From NCBI GenBank assembly GCA_030668825.1, contig DAOVET010000081.1, forward strand, positions 1-11,959: a stretch of 11,959 nt of DNA, given 5' to 3'. The position numbers and the translations under genes were made by a program. Positions 6,299 through 11,959 of this stretch are shown here, in pieces. This DNA comes from Candidatus Heimdallarchaeota archaeon (GTDB lineage Archaea; Asgardarchaeota; Heimdallarchaeia; Heimdallarchaeales; Heimdallarchaeaceae). The stretch's first letter is position 1. Each line of letters begins with the position of its first letter. The notes under the pieces are model-generated. The model did no database searches and had not been told where the DNA came from. It worked only from the letters and a program-made list of their open reading frames with translations.

Positions 6299-9200
6299 AT
6301 GAAGCTTCCTTCTCATTTACGTAAACTTAGAAAGTTTACAGTATACTCATTAGCATTCTATGTTCTTATTTTAGTTATGTTTTCACCAGTTCCGCAGATT
6401 TATGCAGCGTCATCTTCTTTAGGAAACAGTCCCTGGTTTAGTGATGATTCAATTGTGACAAATAGCAGAATGGAAACAGAAATTATTGTAGTAGATCCTG
6501 CTATAAAGAAGGATATACGTCCTGAGGAGGTTGGTTTTCCTTATACTCCTCAAACACAATCAGATGATACTAGTGATCAATTTTCAACTACTGATTATCT
6601 TACCATGAACCATAACGATGTTTTTAATTTGACTAATTTTAGTGATACTGGTAAAATCAACAACAGTTATTCAATATCAAGTATTGCAGATTATACAAAT
6701 GATTCTCTGAATTACGGAATAACAGAACTGAAATCTATTGATGATTACTATACAGTAGAAGACGATAATGATGCATTTTTAACTCTAGATGTAAATAATT
6801 ATTATACTTTTGCACAAGCCTTTGATATTGCATGGGATTATGCGTTCTACTATGGAAGTGAATTGTTCCTCACATATGATACTGGTGGAGCTTTTAGTTT
6901 GGAAGACTATGAGCTTAGTTTACACATAGTTAGTGTAAATTCAACAGATGGAAATCCAAATATGACAGATATTATTACAAATTGCACTTCAAATGCATTT
7001 AAACAAGGTGCAACATACAATGATGTTGGAGGATTTCAATTCTTCGATTTTACAGATGTGAGATTGACCAAAGGAACATATTATTTTGTAGCTAATCTTT
7101 CGCAAATAGATGCTGATGATGCTCCTAGGCATTTCCTATGGGCTAAGAATGACCATGTTTCCGATGGTGTAGACGGAGGAAAAACACTTTACAGATCTAC
7201 AGGATTTCCAGGACAATGGAGCACTCCAAGGCTGTATGATTTTACTTTAATTAACAGTTTATACCCTGTTGATAGCAATAATAATTCTATCATTTTTACA
7301 GGAACAGATGAGATAGATTTGAAGGATAATGGAGTTAGTATAAGCACAACAACTTCTTCTATATCAAGTATTGGAACCCATGAACTAACTTCTAATACAT
7401 CAGTACAAATAACCTTCAACAATAGCTATACATTTGCAAAAACCTTTAGTGGAAATGATGTTTATGCAGTATTTTCAGCAACTAATGCTTCTTATTGGTC
7501 CCATAGTATAGATTGGGATATTAATTGGACATCTTCTTCTATTGATATAACTCCATATACGAATCTTGACAGATATCAAGTAGTATTTACGCCTACAGAC
7601 TGGCATGATACAATTTTTACATTTTATTATAATGAAACTAATACATTAACAGGTTCAAGAGAAACGGAAGGCTATCGTGTAGATTTGGGGACTAATAACT
7701 CAGCTGGTAATTGGTTATTTTCTACAACGAGTCCGAATTATCTAAGTGATTTAGTGCTGTTAGATGACACAACACCAACTGAAAGATTTTTCCTTGGATA
7801 TTGGGTAGGAGGAGCTACTGATTCAACAGGATATGTTGGATCCAAAATAGTAGCTAACACTTTAGTGCAAGGAGATGGAGCAGGAACTCCTTATAATGAG
7901 ACCACAGGAATCTTGAATTATACTCTCTATGACATTAATGGGAATATCGTTCCTTTTAAGAGTTCCCTACCAGCCAATCTCATTTATACAGATTCAACTT
8001 ACTATACTCTGTCAGGAATAACTCAAGTAAGTGCTGGTTTCTATACTCCTGAGATTTATTTTGATCCTTCAGCAAGTGGGTCTGACTTACCAGGTTTCTG
8101 GACAGCAGCCGTGCTCTGGCAGAACGGCACTGAAGTAGGTTTCTATTCACAGAGAATAGTCGTGCAAACACAAACAGAATTAGTTTTGGAATGGGAGGAA
8201 GAACCTTCAAATAATAACTGGATTACAACTGATATTTCAAGAAAAGGTTTAGATTCAATCTTAGTCAGAGGTTCATATTACAATATTAGTGAGCCATATA
8301 CAACTGGAACTAAAAATCTAATACCTTCTGCTACTGTATCTTATACAGTTCATAATGCTACTTGGAATAAGAATGATGTTTTCAACGATTATGCACCGGA
8401 TTATAATACTTCAATATTAGTTGATGCAAACATAGATGTTGGTACATATACAGTTGATTTTCTTGGTACAGGAGCTTTTCTGGAGAATAACTCAACAAGT
8501 TTTACATTAACAGTTTTCTATGAACTGTCTCTTGTTCCTGAATATACTAATTATCAAACAAATTATACAAACAATGTATTGTATTATATGAATCTGTATG
8601 ATGTAACAGCTTATTCAAATTTGAGTCTGACTCCTGATGATATGACTTTCACCATTGCAAATGGAACAGATTTTCCACTTGCTTCTCCTGTTGATTACAA
8701 TTTTACTTACCAAGCATCTACAGAACAATGGGTTCTTAATATTAGTACATCGACGAATGATCTGTACACAGGTTATTATTCAGTAGAAATTTCCATCTAT
8801 TTGAATAATTACCAAGCAAATTATTCAGAAGTATATGTCTCGGATGTATACACCTTCGAGATTACATCACCACCTACAGAAGTTCTGAAAACTGGTGATG
8901 CCACAACAATCTATGTATATCATGATGCAACATTTTCATTCAGATTCCAAGATACAAATCATTCTACATATTTACTTGGTGCTAATTTTGTGGCTTCTGC
9001 AAATGAATCAAATATCGACTTTAGTTACAACATTATTGGTGATACTTACTATGTAACTGTGACCAATAATAACCCTGCAGTAAATTCCATTGCCATATAC
9101 GTTGATGTAAGCTTGTCAAACTATGAGTCGAAAATAGGTTTTCTATTAGGAGAGATAAGTGTATTAACTATCCAAACTAGTTTAACAGAAGATACTACGC

Positions 9201-11914
9201 CCACTGAAGTGTATGTAGGATATAATACTTCAATCATTGTTCAATTCAATGATATAACTCATGCAGAACTTATCGATGTTGGAACTGGAACATTCGTATC
9301 AATTACCAGTAATTCAAGTTCTTTTACTGATTTAGGTTATGTATACATCGGAAGTGGAAGGTATAATGTATCATTTATTAATAATGATTACACCTTAGAA
9401 GGAATAAATATCACTATCACTATAGGAAAAACCGGTTATGAGAATGCTAGTATATCTTTCCAAATACAAGTGCTTTCAATTTCCACTGATTCAATGTTAG
9501 TTGATATTGCAGATCAAGACATTACTATTTACTTCGATGAAGGAACGTCAATTGAGATTCTTTACTGGGACAATATTTCTTTTGTTAATATCACTGATCC
9601 TCAAGTATCCTTTTCTGGCAATTTAACTGTAATTCCAAGTTACAGCTTTTTGGACAATATTACAACAATAACTATCCTTACGATATCGGATTTAGGCTAT
9701 TATGAATTGATTATTACATTAGAAAAGCCTGGATATGAACCTCAAATAATTACGGTCTATATCCTTGTTCAAGAAAGACAAACTTCAGTAGATTCAGATT
9801 ATACGGATATTACATTCTACGCTGATCAAACAGATCACGTGTTATTAAATTATACAGATGAATTAGATTTAGTAGAGATTCTAGTAGCTACAGTAGATAT
9901 TGATTTTGCAGAAGATAATAGTACCTTAATTGTTCAAGATTATTTCATTATTACTTTGATAGAAGTGGGATCATTTTATGAAATTACATTCGATCCAATT
10001 GAAATTAATGCTACAGGTTATGTGTTTGTGTTTAATATAACTCTTAGTAAGTATGGTTATGAAACTAATTTCATCATCATTACTGTTACAATCAACATTC
10101 ACCCCACCGCTATTGACCCTACTTCTCAAGATCAAGACTCTGTTTATACTGATGAAGATGGTGAATTCACAATCATCTATGAAACGATTGAAGATACCTT
10201 CATCAGTGGTGCTGATCTCAGTTACACTCTCATTAATGGTACATCAGCAGAAATAGAAGATGTTGTTCTAACTCAAATACTTGATGCCTATGTTGTTTAT
10301 GTTTACATTAACAGTAGTATCGTTCCAGTAAAGAGCTATCTAATAGAACTTACATTCTATAAACATGGTTTTGAGAACCAAACTTGGATTATAACAATAA
10401 CAGTAGCGTCTCATCCTACAGCCATTGATCCTACTTCTCAAGATGAAGATAATATTTATGCTGATGAAAATGCAGAATTTACAATCATCTATGAGACTGA
10501 AGAAGGAGATTTCATCTCTGGAGCGGAGTTTGATTATAATATTATAAATGGCACCACAGCTGAAATTCTATCAGTTACCTATACTCAAAGTATCGATAGT
10601 TATTTAATTTATGTTTATTTCGATGAATCTTTGATAGCTGGGAAGAACTTCTCCATAGAGCTTATCTTCTTCAAACATGGTTTTGACAATCAATCATGGA
10701 TTATAAACATAGGTGTTTATGAAAAGATAACCCATGAAATATCAGTAGAAATAGTAGGAGATATGAGACAACTAACTACTATTCAATTCAGAGTAACATT
10801 AAATAGTTCCGATCTTGATTTACTAACTGCATTATCGTTTGATAATATCAAGTTCTTTTCAACACCTGACGGGGACTTTGTTGTGATAACTTATGTATTT
10901 ACTTTTGCTAATGGAACTACGATAGAATATTCAATACAAGCAGAACTTCAACAAATTCAACCAGGTCATTATGTAGCTCTCACTAGTGAAATTTTGGTTC
11001 CTTGGCGTGTAACTAATGTTTCATATTCAGCACTGTATACTCCTACAAGCCAATCTGTAATCGCTTCTGAAGAAACTATTTCACAATCCACTGAAATCAA
11101 ATCAGCTAAATTCACGAATTTAATAGCCTACCTATTCAGTGAATATACACCTTACATGGCTGCTGCTTTAGCAGTGATTGCAGCAGTATTCATTTCATTA
11201 ACAATATACTTCGCGATAGTAAGACCAAGAAAACAAAGGAGAACAGCAAAGAAACGAGGTTACTTAGATAAAATTTCGAAAATACTTACAAGTGTTATTT
11301 CTATGAGAAAAGTCATTATAGTTCACACAGAAACAGGACTCCCTATCTATGAATGGGATCTTGGTGGTGATATATCGGTTGATTCTTCACTAGTAACTGG
11401 CTTCCTTCAAGCTGTATCTGGTATGGGGAGTGAAATAAGTGGTGGGCAAACTGGAGTTATCAAAAAGCTTGACTACGGTCAATTTGTTGTATCTAGTGCT
11501 TCAAAAGATTGTATTTGTGCTTATCTTTTCAGTACAAGTGAAGTTTCGATTGATGTAGAAACTGGTCTCTCTAATTTTGTTGAATGGTTTGAGAAACGAT
11601 TTCAATCAGTCTTACATGAGTGGGGTGGTGTAACAGATGAGTTTACCACTAATTCTAGACAAATTATTGATACCCTTAGTGAAGAGCTTTTTATCTGGAC
11701 ATTACATCCTCTATCCATAAATACCTTAAAAGAAAAAGAAGCTCAAAAGCTTAATACTTTTAGTCAGAAGATATTCAATTTTATCAAAGATTATAAAGAA
11801 GTTACAATTAGTGTAGCTCTTGAATACTTCAACAAAACTCCATTAGAAGAAACACTATCAACATTATTCAATATGATTGATGAAAAATACTTGTTGAGAA
11901 TGAGATTAAGATAA
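6299..11914 (+). CDS. 1871-aa single-pass cell-surface glycoprotein with Ig-like repeats and a cytoplasmic longin-like domain
   Basis: Basic-then-hydrophobic N-terminus ending ..QIYA; Thr/Ser/Asn/Tyr-rich acidic beta-type ectodomain; TM helix MAAALAVIAAVFISLTIYFAIV (11156-11221) followed by RPRKQRRTAKKR; then IIVHTETGLPIY..DSSLVTGFLQAV..E..FEKRFQSVLHEWGG..F, a longin-like pattern. Confidence 0.9.
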   Translation: MKLPSHLRKLRKFTVYSLAFYVLILVMFSPVPQIYAASSSLGNSPWFSDDSIVTNSRMETEIIVVDPAIKKDIRPEEVGFPYTPQTQSDDTSDQFSTTDYLTMNHNDVFNLTNFSDTGKINNSYSISSIADYTNDSLNYGITELKSIDDYYTVEDDNDAFLTLDVNNYYTFAQAFDIAWDYAFYYGSELFLTYDTGGAFSLEDYELSLHIVSVNSTDGNPNMTDIITNCTSNAFKQGATYNDVGGFQFFDFTDVRLTKGTYYFVANLSQIDADDAPRHFLWAKNDHVSDGVDGGKTLYRSTGFPGQWSTPRLYDFTLINSLYPVDSNNNSIIFTGTDEIDLKDNGVSISTTTSSISSIGTHELTSNTSVQITFNNSYTFAKTFSGNDVYAVFSATNASYWSHSIDWDINWTSSSIDITPYTNLDRYQVVFTPTDWHDTIFTFYYNETNTLTGSRETEGYRVDLGTNNSAGNWLFSTTSPNYLSDLVLLDDTTPTERFFLGYWVGGATDSTGYVGSKIVANTLVQGDGAGTPYNETTGILNYTLYDINGNIVPFKSSLPANLIYTDSTYYTLSGITQVSAGFYTPEIYFDPSASGSDLPGFWTAAVLWQNGTEVGFYSQRIVVQTQTELVLEWEEEPSNNNWITTDISRKGLDSILVRGSYYNISEPYTTGTKNLIPSATVSYTVHNATWNKNDVFNDYAPDYNTSILVDANIDVGTYTVDFLGTGAFLENNSTSFTLTVFYELSLVPEYTNYQTNYTNNVLYYMNLYDVTAYSNLSLTPDDMTFTIANGTDFPLASPVDYNFTYQASTEQWVLNISTSTNDLYTGYYSVEISIYLNNYQANYSEVYVSDVYTFEITSPPTEVLKTGDATTIYVYHDATFSFRFQDTNHSTYLLGANFVASANESNIDFSYNIIGDTYYVTVTNNNPAVNSIAIYVDVSLSNYESKIGFLLGEISVLTIQTSLTEDTTPTEVYVGYNTSIIVQFNDITHAELIDVGTGTFVSITSNSSSFTDLGYVYIGSGRYNVSFINNDYTLEGINITITIGKTGYENASISFQIQVLSISTDSMLVDIADQDITIYFDEGTSIEILYWDNISFVNITDPQVSFSGNLTVIPSYSFLDNITTITILTISDLGYYELIITLEKPGYEPQIITVYILVQERQTSVDSDYTDITFYADQTDHVLLNYTDELDLVEILVATVDIDFAEDNSTLIVQDYFIITLIEVGSFYEITFDPIEINATGYVFVFNITLSKYGYETNFIIITVTINIHPTAIDPTSQDQDSVYTDEDGEFTIIYETIEDTFISGADLSYTLINGTSAEIEDVVLTQILDAYVVYVYINSSIVPVKSYLIELTFYKHGFENQTWIITITVASHPTAIDPTSQDEDNIYADENAEFTIIYETEEGDFISGAEFDYNIINGTTAEILSVTYTQSIDSYLIYVYFDESLIAGKNFSIELIFFKHGFDNQSWIINIGVYEKITHEISVEIVGDMRQLTTIQFRVTLNSSDLDLLTALSFDNIKFFSTPDGDFVVITYVFTFANGTTIEYSIQAELQQIQPGHYVALTSEILVPWRVTNVSYSALYTPTSQSVIASEETISQSTEIKSAKFTNLIAYLFSEYTPYMAAALAVIAAVFISLTIYFAIVRPRKQRRTAKKRGYLDKISKILTSVISMRKVIIVHTETGLPIYEWDLGGDISVDSSLVTGFLQAVSGMGSEISGGQTGVIKKLDYGQFVVSSASKDCICAYLFSTSEVSIDVETGLSNFVEWFEKRFQSVLHEWGGVTDEFTTNSRQIIDTLSEELFIWTLHPLSINTLKEKEAQKLNTFSQKIFNFIKDYKEVTISVALEYFNKTPLEETLSTLFNMIDEKYLLRMRLR
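10100..10723 (+). repeat. Intragenic tandem duplication, 2 x 312 nt (104 aa)
   Basis: Both units start HPTAIDPTSQD (10100 and 10412). Ungapped alignment gives about 62/104 identical residues by manual count. Confidence 0.95.
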
Positions 11915-11928
11915 ATCTTCTCATAACC

Positions 11929-11948
11929 TTTTTTTCCCCCTTATTTTT
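11929..11948 (+). terminator. Probable oligo-T terminator
   Basis: T7 run 15 nt after the stop codon, followed by a further T5 run. Confidence 0.55.
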
Positions 11949-11959
11949 GATGTTTTAAA

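Noticed and set aside
6006-10256. ORFs 6006-6230 (-), 7189-7422 (-), 7980-8210 (-) and 10053-10256 (+)
   Set aside because: All are nested within long, well-supported genes and have shadow-like composition.
10100-10723. The repeat pair as a diversity-generating retroelement TR/VR or a CRISPR-like array
   Set aside because: Both copies are in-frame coding modules, the differences are not adenine-specific, and no reverse transcriptase or cas gene is present in the window.
6299-11914. Calling the giant protein a simple S-layer protein
   Set aside because: A ~230-aa structured cytoplasmic tail after the TM helix is not typical of S-layer proteins.

Overview
AT-rich, gene-dense archaeal chromosomal window, most likely from an Asgard archaeon. 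That assignment is inference from the tRNA-Arg(GCG), the TATA/BRE-type promoters, the oligo-T terminators and above all a membrane protein with a longin-like cytoplasmic domain. In order the window holds tRNA-Arg(GCG) (+), a PIG-L/LmbE deacetylase (-), a divergent thioredoxin-reductase-like protein (-), a small winged-HTH regulator (-), a 152-aa hypothetical protein (+), an APH/choline-kinase-like phosphotransferase (-), a stand-alone CBS pair (-), a tandem calcineurin-like metallophosphoesterase whose second domain is degenerate (+), and a 1871-aa single-pass surface protein (+). The most interesting object is this giant protein. It has a signal peptide, a sequon-rich ectodomain with about 8 Ig-like ~100-aa modules, one TM helix, and a cytoplasmic longin-like plus probable winged-helix tail, which is a receptor-like architecture that may couple to small-GTPase signalling. 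No mobile element or CRISPR array was seen. All family calls come from motif reading by eye and no searches were run.
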